Of a stretch of DNA of 64,000 nucleotides, positions 17,998 to 27,410 are shown piece after piece. The position numbers were made by a program, and so were the translations under genes. The notes below the pieces were generated by a model. It made no database searches. It was given only the letters and a program-made list of their open reading frames with translations, and was not told the DNA's origin. How positions within the stretch are numbered: position 1 is the stretch's first letter; each line of letters starts with the position of its first letter. This DNA is from Alistipes sp. (GTDB taxonomy: Bacteria > Bacteroidota > Bacteroidia > Bacteroidales > Rikenellaceae), in NCBI RefSeq assembly GCF_022782405.1, contig NZ_JALFNK010000011.1. The stretch is one strand, 5' to 3'.

Positions 17998-18032
17998 AAG
18001 AGGCGTTCCCGCGAGGGAGGCCTCTTTTTTTT
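17998..18032 (+). terminator. Terminator after csp gene
   Basis: aagaggc...gcctcttttttttt hairpin with T-run. Confidence 0.7.
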
Positions 18033-18115
18033 GCCCGTTTGAAAAATATGTCGTATTTTTGGGCGGTTTTAGTCCGAAAAACAGGTTCAAAAAACACAAT
18101 AAACCTATCAAGATC

Positions 18116-19351
18116 ATGAAAGAAGCTATCGCAATCCTGACCGGCGGCGGACCGGCCCCCGGCATGAACACCGTAGTGGGCAGCGTCGCCAAGACGTTCC
18201 TCCGCAAAGGTTACCGCGTAATCGGCCTGCACGAAGGCTATACGGGACTGTTCAACCCCTCGCCCCGCACCGTGGACATCGACTATCCGATGGCCGACGG
18301 CATCTTCAACCAGGGTGGATCGTTCCTGCAGATGAGCCGCTTCAAGCCGACCGATGCCGATTTCGAAAACAACTTCAACCTCAAGTTCTTCACCGACAAC
18401 AACGTGAAACTCCTCGTTACGGTCGGCGGAGACGATACCGCCTCGACGGCCAACCGTATCGCCAAATTCCTCGAGGCCAAGAAGTACCCCATCGCCAACA
18501 TCCACGTTCCGAAGACCATCGACAACGACCTGCCCCTTCCGAAGGGCACGCCCACGTTCGGTTACGAGTCGGCCAAGGACAAGGGTGCCGTCATCGCCCG
18601 CGCCGTCTATGTGGACGCCCGTACGAGCGGCAACTGGTTCGTGCTGGCTGCCATGGGCCGTTCGGCCGGACACCTCGCCTTCGGTATCGGTGAGGCCTGC
18701 CACTATCCGATGATCGTCATCCCCGAGATGTTCAACAAGACGGAGATCACCGTCGAGAAGATCGTGAACCTCGTGATCTCGTCGATCATCAAGCGCAAGA
18801 TCATGGGTATGGACTACGGTGCCGCCGTCATCTCGGAGGGCGTCTTCCACGCCCTTTCGGACGAGGAGATCCGCAAGAGCGGCGTACACTTCACCTACGA
18901 CGAGCACGGACATCCCGAGCTGGGCAAGGTTTCGAAGGCACACATCTTCAACGAGATGATCGAGAAGAAGCTCAAGGAGCTGGGTATCAAGGTCAAGAGC
19001 CGCCCCGTAGAGCTCGGCTACGAAATCCGCTGCCAGACCCCGATTGCTTACGACCTGACCTACTGCTCGGAGTTGGGTATCGGCGTGCACAAGCTCTTTG
19101 CCGAGGGCAAGACGGGCTGCATGGTCTATGTGGATTCCGAGGGCAACGTATCACCGCTCTACCTGAAGGACCTGCAGGACCCCACGACGGGCAAGATTCC
19201 GCCCCGTCTGGTCGATATCAACTCGGACAAGTTCACCTCGGTAGTCGAGAACATCCTCAACGCTATCACGCCGGCCGATTACGAAGCCGCCAAGAAGTAT
19301 GTGGCCAACCCCGAGGAGTACGACTTCCACAAGATTCTCAACTGGAAATAA
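18116..19351 (+). CDS. 6-phosphofructokinase family, PPi-dependent signature
   Basis: GGGPAPGMN, GGDDT, PKTIDND, MGR; promoter TATTTTTG at 18054-18061. Confidence 0.9.
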   Translation: MKEAIAILTGGGPAPGMNTVVGSVAKTFLRKGYRVIGLHEGYTGLFNPSPRTVDIDYPMADGIFNQGGSFLQMSRFKPTDADFENNFNLKFFTDNNVKLLVTVGGDDTASTANRIAKFLEAKKYPIANIHVPKTIDNDLPLPKGTPTFGYESAKDKGAVIARAVYVDARTSGNWFVLAAMGRSAGHLAFGIGEACHYPMIVIPEMFNKTEITVEKIVNLVISSIIKRKIMGMDYGAAVISEGVFHALSDEEIRKSGVHFTYDEHGHPELGKVSKAHIFNEMIEKKLKELGIKVKSRPVELGYEIRCQTPIAYDLTYCSELGIGVHKLFAEGKTGCMVYVDSEGNVSPLYLKDLQDPTTGKIPPRLVDINSDKFTSVVENILNAITPADYEAAKKYVANPEEYDFHKILNWK

Positions 19352-19372
19352 TCGTCCATAAGAATCCGACAA

Positions 19373-19410
19373 CGAAAAAACGGAGCATCGCATGATGCTC
19401 CGTTTTTCGT
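19373..19410. terminator. Bidirectional terminator
   Basis: cgaaaaaacggagcatc/gatgctccgtttttcg. Confidence 0.85.
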
Positions 19411-19428
19411 ATTGGCTGAGGTCGGATA

Positions 19429-19938
19429 TCAGAAGAGTTCGGGATCCGCCGGCCGGATGGCCAGCGCTGCTGAAGGATGAAGGTTCCACACCTCGCAATT
19501 TCGCCCGAAAGCCCGACGCAGGGTGTATTGTGTTCCGCCGGGAGAACCGTCATACCAGGCCACGACGAGTGAAGCATTATCGACCAGATAACGGTTCCGC
19601 ACGGCATAGCACCCGCGATGAAAAACCTCGGAAAGAACCACGGTCTCGTCGGATGCAGCCTCCACGGCCCTGAAGCGCGCCTGCTCCAGCTCCGGGAAAC
19701 GGGTCTCCTGCCCGCGGAAAGGTATGACGGCGACAAGCCGTACGCATGGGTGCTCCGCACGGAACGCAAGAACCGCTTCGGCCGCTGCAAGGTCGAAGCC
19801 CATGGCCATGCCCGACAGAAAAGTACGGTAACCGCGGGCGAAAGCACGCTCCACGGCCGCCGCAAGCGACGCTCCCGCCGTACCGCCGTAAGTACGGTGG
19901 CCCGTAAAGGCCACCGTTGTCCGGATATCCGCATTCAT
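19429..19938 (-). CDS. SLOG family protein (YspA/DUF1273-like)
   Basis: VAFTGHR, FLSGMAMGFDL, IPFRGQ, RNRYLVD, GSPGGT. Confidence 0.85.
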   Translation of the reverse strand: MNADIRTTVAFTGHRTYGGTAGASLAAAVERAFARGYRTFLSGMAMGFDLAAAEAVLAFRAEHPCVRLVAVIPFRGQETRFPELEQARFRAVEAASDETVVLSEVFHRGCYAVRNRYLVDNASLVVAWYDGSPGGTQYTLRRAFGRNCEVWNLHPSAALAIRPADPELF

Positions 19939-19955
19939 ATCTCAAAGGTAGCCTT

Positions 19956-19972
19956 TTGGCCCGGACTTTGCA
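19956..19972 (+). promoter_or_regulatory. Candidate sigma54 -24/-12 promoter of ytxH operon
   Basis: TTGGCCCGGACTTTGCA, one mismatch to YTGGCACGRNNNTTGCW; 31 nt before the ATG. Confidence 0.6.
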
Positions 19973-20003
19973 ACACTTCCCGCGGCATAAAAACATCATT
20001 ACC

Positions 20004-20213
20004 ATGAAAAACACAGGCATCGTCATCGCATCGCTCGTGGGCGGCATGATTCTCGGATCGGCCCTCACGATGTTGCTCACGCCCCAGTCGGGCCCGGAAC
20101 TGCGTCGGAAAATCAAGGACCTTGTCGGCGAAGAACTGGACCGTGTACAGGAGAAAATCGGAGAGGTAGAGACCCGCATCGACGAAATCCGCTGTCAATG
20201 CGAGGAGCAGTAA
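20004..20213 (+). CDS. YtxH-domain protein
   Basis: N-terminal GG-GxxxxxLLTPQSGPELRRKI motif followed by coiled coil. Confidence 0.85.
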   Translation: MKNTGIVIASLVGGMILGSALTMLLTPQSGPELRRKIKDLVGEELDRVQEKIGEVETRIDEIRCQCEEQ

Positions 20214-20226
20214 ACCGCAGCAGACC

Positions 20227-20565
20227 ATGAACGACCGCTCCGCCTCCGGCCATCTTGTCGCCGCACTGCTTTTCTTCGCGATCGCAGCGCTGGCAGCCAT
20301 GCTGATGGTGCTTACGGCACTCGTCGTATGGTTGTCCTCATTGACCGGATCGCTCATTCTTTCGGCTGCGGTCCTCGGCCTGCTTTTCGCGCTCATCGCC
20401 CTGGCAATCTACCGCTTCTCGATCTGTGAAGAGCTGCAAAGGATTCGGACACAGATCGAAACGGTCTACGAGGTGGCTTATGCGGCCCGAAGCGGTTACG
20501 AATGGCTTGTCGCGAAAGTTGTCCGACTGCTCCGTCCCCGAGAGGATCCGCCGCATGAAGCGTAA
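20227..20565 (+). CDS. Two-TM membrane protein (holin-like/YqjE-type)
   Basis: Two hydrophobic helices and a soluble tail; 13 nt after ytxH. Confidence 0.55.
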   Translation: MNDRSASGHLVAALLFFAIAALAAMLMVLTALVVWLSSLTGSLILSAAVLGLLFALIALAIYRFSICEELQRIRTQIETVYEVAYAARSGYEWLVAKVVRLLRPREDPPHEA

Positions 20566-20567
20566 AC

Positions 20568-20603
20568 GAAAGCGCCCGGAGTCTTTGACCTCCGGACGCT
20601 TTC
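20568..20603. terminator. Terminator between convergent genes
   Basis: gaaagcg-ccggag/ctccgga-cgctttc imperfect stem. Confidence 0.6.
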
Positions 20604-20636
20604 ATAACTGTCTGACGGAAAAAGTCCTCCGTTCCA

Positions 20637-21377
20637 TCAATAATCGAGCGCCACACGCACCTCCGTATAACTTTCGCCGATACGCAGCCGCAAGGTATAA
20701 TAGGTGGACCCGGAACCGTACGACGGCCACTCGAGCAATGTAAAGACCAGTTTGCGCCCCTGCTTCTCGCACACGAGCTCACCCTTGCCGTCGAGTTCGG
20801 CCTCAAAGTTGTCGGAAGGCATTGTTACGGCAACCTTATCCATAAGGGCCTTCGACGAATAATCCAACTTGTAGGGTGCGGAGCCCCACTCGGGCAATCC
20901 GTGGTTCCGGGGAGTCTCGATAACGAACTTCACAACGGCGCCCAGATTTCCGCGCTCCGTATCTTCTATATTGTCGGCAACATAGAACTTGAGGTAGTTT
21001 GCGCCCAGGGCGGGATCAAGCGGCAGTGCCACATTTTGAGACGGGAACATCCGGGCAGCGGCACCCCGCACGGCCACATAACCATATCCTTTCGTTACCG
21101 CTACTTCGGTAGCGGGATTCTTCAATGCGGATATCTGCACATCCCCCAGCCCCGAACGTTTGCCCAGCATGAAGATCTGGCAATCCGAAGGACTGATGAA
21201 ATTTCCGGCATCGTTGATATAAATGTCCGAATCATCAAGCATCGTTTTTCCGTTCTGCTCGTTGTACATGTTGAGCATGGCGGTTCCTTCGGGATCGCCC
21301 GGCGTGTCGTCCTTCGAGCAGGACCCGGCTGCGCAAAACAAAACCGCAGCAAGAAGCGTCAGAAACATTTTTTTCAT
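20637..21377 (-). CDS. Surface lipoprotein, DUF5036-like
   Basis: Lipobox AGSC followed by SKDD; PEGTAMLNMYNEQNGKT recalled as DUF5036-like; promoter TATCTTTG at 21424-21417. Confidence 0.65.
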   Translation of the reverse strand: MKKMFLTLLAAVLFCAAGSCSKDDTPGDPEGTAMLNMYNEQNGKTMLDDSDIYINDAGNFISPSDCQIFMLGKRSGLGDVQISALKNPATEVAVTKGYGYVAVRGAAARMFPSQNVALPLDPALGANYLKFYVADNIEDTERGNLGAVVKFVIETPRNHGLPEWGSAPYKLDYSSKALMDKVAVTMPSDNFEAELDGKGELVCEKQGRKLVFTLLEWPSYGSGSTYYTLRLRIGESYTEVRVALDY

Positions 21378-21456
21378 CTTTTCACGATATTTTTGAGTGG
21401 TGGTGTAGCCGGAGTACAAAGATAAGCCAAAAATTATTCCGGCAATCGATCCGGCG

Positions 21457-21491
21457 AAAAAAAGCAGGCTCCCCATGATGGGAAGCCTGCT
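21457..21491 (-). terminator. Terminator after rubrerythrin gene
   Basis: agcaggct-ccc/ggg-agcctgct with T7. Confidence 0.75.
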
Positions 21492-21512
21492 CCGAATCTA
21501 TTGAAGGAGGGA

Positions 21513-22067
21513 TTACTTGCCGAAGTAACGCTTGTAAAGGCCTTCGAATCCCTTGCCGTGGCGCGCTTCGTCCTTGGCCATCTCGTGTACGGTATCGTGC
21601 ACGGCATCGAGGTTCTCCTCCTTGGCCATGCGGGCCAGACGCATCTTGTCCTCGCAGGCACCGCACTCGGCGTTCATGCGCTTGTAGAGGTTGGTCTTCG
21701 TATCCCATACCACCTCACCTATCAGCTCGGCGAACTTCGAGGCGTGCTCGGCCTCCTCCCAGGCATAACGCTTGTAAGCCTCGGCAATCTCGGGATAGCC
21801 CTCGCGGTCAGCCTGACGGCTCATGGCCAGATACATGCCCACCTCGGTGCACTCGCCCATAAAGTGGTTCTGCAGACCCTCCCAGAGCTCCTTGCTGGCG
21901 CCTTTGCCATCGCCGATCTTATGAACGGTAACGAAATCAAGATCGCCTTCCTGCTCTACGACTTCTACGAACTTATCCTTGCCAACCTTGCACATCGGGC
22001 ACTGCTCGGGTGCCTCGGGTCCTTCGTGAATGTACCCGCATACGGTACAACGCCATTTCTTTGCCAT
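21513..22067 (-). CDS. Reverse rubrerythrin / NADH peroxidase
   Basis: N-terminal rubredoxin CTVCGY...CPMC; diiron EAEHA and EARHG; promoter TACCTTTG at 22127-22120. Confidence 0.92.
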   Translation of the reverse strand: MAKKWRCTVCGYIHEGPEAPEQCPMCKVGKDKFVEVVEQEGDLDFVTVHKIGDGKGASKELWEGLQNHFMGECTEVGMYLAMSRQADREGYPEIAEAYKRYAWEEAEHASKFAELIGEVVWDTKTNLYKRMNAECGACEDKMRLARMAKEENLDAVHDTVHEMAKDEARHGKGFEGLYKRYFGK

Positions 22068-22246
22068 AGTTTTACTATTTAAAGTGTGTATGTTTGTATT
22101 TCGTGGTTTTTGACCGGTACAAAGGTAACGATTCCCCGCAAAGATCCCGCATAAAAGCGATCGTCTTTTTTTATGGCCCGATAAGCAAAATCTATACCCG
22201 ACCCCGGGAACATACCGAACAGTTATAACGCCGCCGCATCGGCTCA

Positions 22247-23173
22247 TTATCCCCGGCGGTCGATCACCTCCTCGATCTGCGGAACCGAGGTCGAATCCTT
22301 CACCAGCACACGCTTGTCGCAGTCGAAAAGGTAAAGCGACGGGATGGCATGGAAATCGTAGGTTCCCTCATCCCGGATGACGCATCCCCGGTCGTAGGCA
22401 TTGATCCACTTCGGCGGAATCTGATCCGCATAGTCGCGCCACGCAGCCAGGTCCTCATCGGGATAGAGCGCCAGCACACGCAGTCGGCCCCGTTCGATCA
22501 TCTCCGAGAGCATGGGTGAAGAAGCAATCTCCTCACGGATCTCGCGGCACATCGTACAGCCGGGATTATTGACAAAAAGCAGGACATACTCGGCATCCAA
22601 CCCGTAAAGGGTCCCCGAAGCGCCCGAGGCGAGCGTATAGCGGATGTCGTTGGCCCGTTCCCCGACGCGGTTCTGAAGCGCCATGTGCAGGTCGTATTCG
22701 GGCGCAATCCGCTCGTATTCGTCATACCAGGGCGCCGCCAGCAGGGCCCGCAGCACGGGAATGTAGAATTCATCGTTCCGGAAGGGCGAATTGGGATCGT
22801 GGAGCACTCCGTCGGCCAACATCGCGAAATAGTCCATCATCCGGCGCGACGAGCAGGCGCGGCGCATGAGCGTGTCGATCGGTGCGCCGTCCGTCGGGCG
22901 GTCCGAAAGCAGCACGATATAACGGGCAAAGGCGTCGAACATCTGCGCCGTGTCGATCCGCGCAAGAAACAGCGTATCGGCAAAGTCGAAACAGTCCCAA
23001 TAGTGGGCCTTCAGGTATTCGCGGCGTCCTTCTTCCGTCAGGTGCGCCGGAGGCACGGGAACACGGAACGTCGCCGGAACGGTGGCGGGTGCCGCCTGTT
23101 CAGTCTTCGTCGGGCGTGTGCCGCACGAAGTCAGGAAGAGAAGCAGAGAGAGAATCGTTGCAATACGGCGCAT
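22247..23173 (-). CDS. DUF5106-domain lipoprotein with C-terminal thioredoxin-like domain
   Basis: Lipobox LTSC; HYWDCFDF; NNPGCTMC; HAIPSLYL. Confidence 0.75.
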   Translation of the reverse strand: MRRIATILSLLLFLTSCGTRPTKTEQAAPATVPATFRVPVPPAHLTEEGRREYLKAHYWDCFDFADTLFLARIDTAQMFDAFARYIVLLSDRPTDGAPIDTLMRRACSSRRMMDYFAMLADGVLHDPNSPFRNDEFYIPVLRALLAAPWYDEYERIAPEYDLHMALQNRVGERANDIRYTLASGASGTLYGLDAEYVLLFVNNPGCTMCREIREEIASSPMLSEMIERGRLRVLALYPDEDLAAWRDYADQIPPKWINAYDRGCVIRDEGTYDFHAIPSLYLFDCDKRVLVKDSTSVPQIEEVIDRRG

Positions 23174-23263
23174 GGCAAACGGATTGTGGATCGTCGATGG
23201 AACAAAGATAGGAATTTCTGCCGGATTTCCACCTGCGCCGTCCGGTTTTCGCACCGCCGGATT

Positions 23264-23280
23264 TTTGCACGGTAGTTGCA
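23264..23280 (+). promoter_or_regulatory. Degenerate sigma54-like motif upstream of gadC
   Basis: TTTGCACGGTAGTTGCA matches consensus except the first G of the -24 GG. Confidence 0.3.
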
Positions 23281-23312
23281 CTCGCTGCAGCGTTCAAACA
23301 AAAACAACGCAT

Positions 23313-24899
23313 ATGGATGTAAAAAAAACTACCTCAAGCAAGGGGTTCAAATTGAGCGTCATGACGCTGGCCATCATGAACGTTACGGCCGTCGTCAGCC
23401 TGCGCGGACTCCCGGCCGAAGCGGTCTACGGCCTCTCGTCGGCCTTCTACTACCTCTTTGCGGCCATCGTGTTCCTCATTCCTACGGCGCTGGTCGCCGC
23501 CGAACTTGCCGCGATGTTCTCCGACAAACAGGGAGGTGTCTTCCGCTGGGTCGGCGAGGCCTTCGGCGCCCGCACGGGATTTCTGGCCATCTGGCTGCAG
23601 TGGATCGAATCGACGATCTGGTATCCGACGGTGCTGACCTTCGGTGTCGTGTCGATCGCCTTTATCGGGACGAACGAGACGCACGACATGTCGCTGGCCT
23701 CGAACAAGCTCTTCACTCTGCTGATCGTCATGGCGATCTACTGGGTGGCGACCTTCATCTCGCTCAAGGGAATGAGTTGGGTCGGCAAGATCAGCAAATG
23801 GGGCGGCATGGTCGGCACGATCATCCCCGCAGGCCTGCTCATCATCCTGGGCATCGTCTATCTGGCTACGGGCGGCACGAACCACATGGACCTCTCGCAG
23901 GGATTCTTTCCCGACCTTACGAAGCTCGACAATCTCGTGCTGGCCAGCAGCATCTTCCTCTTCTATGCCGGCATGGAGATGATGGGCATCCACGTCATGG
24001 ACGTGAAGAACCCCACACGCAACTACCCGCGGGCCATCATCATCGGCTCGCTGGCCACGGTCTGCATCTTCGTGCTGGGCACCTTCGCCCTGGGGCTCAT
24101 CATTCCCGCCAAGGAGATCAGCCTCACGCAGTCGCTGCTTATCGGCTTCGACGACTATTTCCGCTACCTGCACCTATCGTGGGCCTCGCCCGTGATCGCC
24201 ATCGCCCTGATGTTCGGCGTGCTGGCCGGCGTGCTGACATGGGTAGCCGGTCCTTCGAAGGGTATCTTCACCGTCGGCAAGGCGGGATACCTGCCCCCCT
24301 TCTTCCAGAAGACGAACCGCAACGGCGTACAGAGCAACATCCTCTACATCCAGGGGGCAATCGTAACGCTGCTGGCGCTGCTGTTCGTCGTGATGCCCTC
24401 CGTACAGTCGTTCTACCAGATTCTGTCGCAGCTCACCGTGCTGCTCTACCTGATCATGTACATGCTGATGTTCGCCGCGGCGATCGTACTGCGCTACCGC
24501 ATGAAATCGACCCCGCGGCCTTTCCGCCTCGGCAAACGGAACGGCATGATGTGGCTGCTCGGAGGATTGGGATTCCTCGGATCGCTGCTGGCCTTCGTGT
24601 TGAGCTTCATCCCGCCCGGACAGATCGCCACGGGCAGCAATACCGTATGGTATTCCGTGCTTGTCATCGGGTGCCTGCTCGTCGTCGGCGTACCGTTCGT
24701 CATCTACGCTCTGCGCAAGCCCTCATGGCGCGACCCGCAGGCCGCAGCAGAATTCGCTCCCTTCCATTGGGAACAGCCGACTGCCATCGCGGAATCGCCG
24801 ACCGGCTTCCATCCGGGTTCTTCGACACGACATCTGGAATCACAATCAAAACAGCAACAGTCCCGGACGAAGCGTAATTCGGACAGGATGCCAAAATGA
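23313..24899 (+). CDS. gadC: Glutamate/GABA antiporter (APC family)
   Basis: TAVVSLRGLP, AAELAAM, GGVFRWVGEAFG, FYAGME, NYPRAI; about 12 TM. Confidence 0.85.
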   Translation: MDVKKTTSSKGFKLSVMTLAIMNVTAVVSLRGLPAEAVYGLSSAFYYLFAAIVFLIPTALVAAELAAMFSDKQGGVFRWVGEAFGARTGFLAIWLQWIESTIWYPTVLTFGVVSIAFIGTNETHDMSLASNKLFTLLIVMAIYWVATFISLKGMSWVGKISKWGGMVGTIIPAGLLIILGIVYLATGGTNHMDLSQGFFPDLTKLDNLVLASSIFLFYAGMEMMGIHVMDVKNPTRNYPRAIIIGSLATVCIFVLGTFALGLIIPAKEISLTQSLLIGFDDYFRYLHLSWASPVIAIALMFGVLAGVLTWVAGPSKGIFTVGKAGYLPPFFQKTNRNGVQSNILYIQGAIVTLLALLFVVMPSVQSFYQILSQLTVLLYLIMYMLMFAAAIVLRYRMKSTPRPFRLGKRNGMMWLLGGLGFLGSLLAFVLSFIPPGQIATGSNTVWYSVLVIGCLLVVGVPFVIYALRKPSWRDPQAAAEFAPFHWEQPTAIAESPTGFHPGSSTRHLESQSKQQQSRTKRNSDRMPK

Positions 24900-24900
24900 G

Positions 24901-24934
24901 AAGGAGCCGCTCCAAATCGATGGAGCGGCTCCTT
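24901..24934. terminator. Bidirectional terminator
   Basis: aaggagccgctcca/tggagcggctccttt. Confidence 0.85.
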
Positions 24935-24952
24935 TGTCTGCAACTGATCGGA

Positions 24953-25504
24953 TCAGAAGCGATAGCGCACACCGGCCAGAATCGATCCCGAGGCTCCGAT
25001 ACCGGCTTCGGCATAGAGTGCCAGACGGCCGCCGACGGTGATGCCGATAGGCGAAACCTGATAGGCGAAGCGGGTGGCATTCTCATCCTTCGCATCTTGG
25101 ACCTCGGCTTTCGAGAATACGGCTCCGATGGCTCCCCGTGAGTAAAGCGAGATGATTTTCAGGTTGAGCCACGTCCACTTCACATTGGGCATGACGGCCC
25201 AATAACGGTTCTTGATCTCCGTGCCCGTTCCCTTGATCTTCTGTGTGTTGGTCGAGCAGACTACCTGGGCACCGATGCTCAACGGACCCAGCAGGCGGAA
25301 GTTGTAACCGACCGTAACGGCACCCCAACCCGATATATCGGTCTTCGCATCCGAAACCAGGTCCTTGATCGCACTGAACGAATCGCTCCAGTTCGATGTC
25401 GGGGCATATCCGTAAGACACGGTGATTTCGCTGCGGTGATCCTGCGCAAAGAGCGGCGTGCAGAAGAGCACGGCGGCGGCGAGAAATAAAATCTTCTTCA
25501 TCAT
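24953..25504 (-). CDS. Outer-membrane 8-strand beta-barrel protein
   Basis: Signal peptide, amphipathic strands, C-terminal GVRYRF; promoter TATATTTG at 25539-25532. Confidence 0.75.
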   Translation of the reverse strand: MMKKILFLAAAVLFCTPLFAQDHRSEITVSYGYAPTSNWSDSFSAIKDLVSDAKTDISGWGAVTVGYNFRLLGPLSIGAQVVCSTNTQKIKGTGTEIKNRYWAVMPNVKWTWLNLKIISLYSRGAIGAVFSKAEVQDAKDENATRFAYQVSPIGITVGGRLALYAEAGIGASGSILAGVRYRF

Positions 25505-25626
25505 AAGACTCCCTGTTTGAAAGGTTACGGACAAATATACGTCAAAAATCGTGCGCATACAAATATCCGCCCGGAAAAGGCTTCCGAGGTCCCGTTCCGT
25601 CAGGCACGGCCCCTCCGGCAACCGAC

Positions 25627-25668
25627 AAAAAAGGGCGTCCCGGATCGAATCCGGGACGCCCCGCTTTT
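25627..25668 (-). terminator. Terminator of purA-etf-acd operon
   Basis: gggcgtcccggat/atccgggacgccc with T-run. Confidence 0.8.
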
Positions 25669-25685
25669 GACCGGCACCTACGGCA

Positions 25686-27410
25686 CTACTCCTCGTCGCC
25701 TACGGCGTGGAACAGTTCGACATCTTCGGTCGTGGAGTCCATCACATAGGTATATGCCTCCGAAATCTTGCCTTCGGCCAGCTTCGAGAAGATGCGCGCC
25801 GAGGCGACATACTCCTCCGACTGGCCGGCCTGACGGGCCAGCAGGTAGCTGATGATGATATGACCGGCTGTCTCGACCAGACGGCGGGCATGGAAGTCCT
25901 TGAATCCGGCGCACTCCTTGTCGCCGGCCTCGACCCGTGCCACCATCTCCGAGAACTTCACGGTCAGCGCCTTCAGTTTCGCAACGATCGGCCGCATCGC
26001 CTCCGAATACTCTTCGGCGGCGTAACGCTCGATCTGTTCCATGAAGGTGCCCTTCGTTACGGCGTTGATCGCCGCCACGACCTGCAGCTGCGACGTACCC
26101 TCGTAGATATTCATGATGCGGGCGTCGCGATAGAGGCGCTCGCAGGGGTAATCCTTCATGAATCCCGAGCCGCCGTGGATCTGAATCGCATCATAGGCCA
26201 ACTGGTTGGCATACTCCGACGAGAAGAGCTTTACGAGCGGCGTGAAACCGTCGGCCAGACGGTTGTAGAACTTCATCTCCTGACGCTCTTCCGGTTCGAG
26301 CGAACGCTCGTGCGAAATATGCGTGTACTGCTTGTAGACCTCCACGAAGCGGGCCGTTTCATAGAGCAGCGCACGGGCGCCCTGCAGCTTGGCCTTCATG
26401 TTCGAAAGCATCTCCGAAACGGCTGCGAAACGGATGATCGGCTTGCCGAACTGCTCACGCTCGTGGGCATACTTCAGCGCCTCGCGGAAGGCGGCCTCGC
26501 AAAGGCCCACCGACTGTGCGCCGATACCCAGACGGGCGGCGTTCATCAGCGACATGACGTACTTGATCAGACCCATCTTGCGGTCGCCGACCAGCTGGGC
26601 CGGAGCATTTGTGAAGACCAGCTCGCACGTCGGCGAGCCCTTGATGCCGAGTTTGTTCTCGATACGGCGCACCTTCACGCCGCCGTCGCGCTTGTCATAG
26701 ACGAGCATCGACAGGCCGCGGGCGTCGGTCGTCCCCTCCTCCGTACGGGCCAGAACGAGCGAAACCTCGCCGTCGCCGTTCGTGATGAAACGCTTCACGC
26801 CGTTGAGCAGCCAGGTCTGCCGCTCCTCCGACCAGGTGGCCTTCAGCATCACGGCACCCAGATCCGATCCGGCATCGGGCTCCGTGAGGTCCATGGCGCA
26901 CGTCGCGCCGGCCGACACCCACTTGAGGAACTTCTCCTTCTGCTCCTCCGAGGCAAACTCGTTGAGCGTCTCGGCGCAGTCCTGCAGACCCCAGATATTC
27001 TCGAAGCTGGCATCCGCACGGGCCACCATCTCATTGGCCATGACGAAGCAGATGAGCGGGAAGTTCAGTCCGTCGTACTTGCGCGGGAGAGTCATGCCGC
27101 TCAAACCGGCATCGACCACGGCCTTCATGTTGCGAACCGTACCCGAAGCATACTCCACATGGTCATTTACCACGCGCGGGCCCTCATGGTCCACACCCTC
27201 GGCGTTGGGGGCGATCACATCGCCGCACACCTCGCCGGCGATCTCCAGCACGCGGCGGTAGGAGTCCATCGCGTCGTCGAAATCCTGCGGCGCATAGTCG
27301 TAGAGCTCCTTGTCGGCAAAGCCGCGCTCCTTCAGCTCCACGATCTTCCGCATCAGCGGATGATCCAGATGGAACTGCAAATCCTTGTTATCTGAAAAGA
27401 AATTAGCCAT
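25686..27410 (-). CDS. Acyl-CoA dehydrogenase family protein (574 aa)
   Basis: MDLTEPDAGSD, LNGVKRFIT, KLGIKGSPT, QIHGGSGF, IYEGTSQLQ. Confidence 0.93.
   Translation of the reverse strand: MANFFSDNKDLQFHLDHPLMRKIVELKERGFADKELYDYAPQDFDDAMDSYRRVLEIAGEVCGDVIAPNAEGVDHEGPRVVNDHVEYASGTVRNMKAVVDAGLSGMTLPRKYDGLNFPLICFVMANEMVARADASFENIWGLQDCAETLNEFASEEQKEKFLKWVSAGATCAMDLTEPDAGSDLGAVMLKATWSEERQTWLLNGVKRFITNGDGEVSLVLARTEEGTTDARGLSMLVYDKRDGGVKVRRIENKLGIKGSPTCELVFTNAPAQLVGDRKMGLIKYVMSLMNAARLGIGAQSVGLCEAAFREALKYAHEREQFGKPIIRFAAVSEMLSNMKAKLQGARALLYETARFVEVYKQYTHISHERSLEPEERQEMKFYNRLADGFTPLVKLFSSEYANQLAYDAIQIHGGSGFMKDYPCERLYRDARIMNIYEGTSQLQVVAAINAVTKGTFMEQIERYAAEEYSEAMRPIVAKLKALTVKFSEMVARVEAGDKECAGFKDFHARRLVETAGHIIISYLLARQAGQSEEYVASARIFSKLAEGKISEAYTYVMDSTTEDVELFHAVGDEE

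Noticed and set aside
20227-20565. Holin-like gene as prophage evidence
   Set aside because: No other phage genes; pairing with ytxH fits a cellular stress module.
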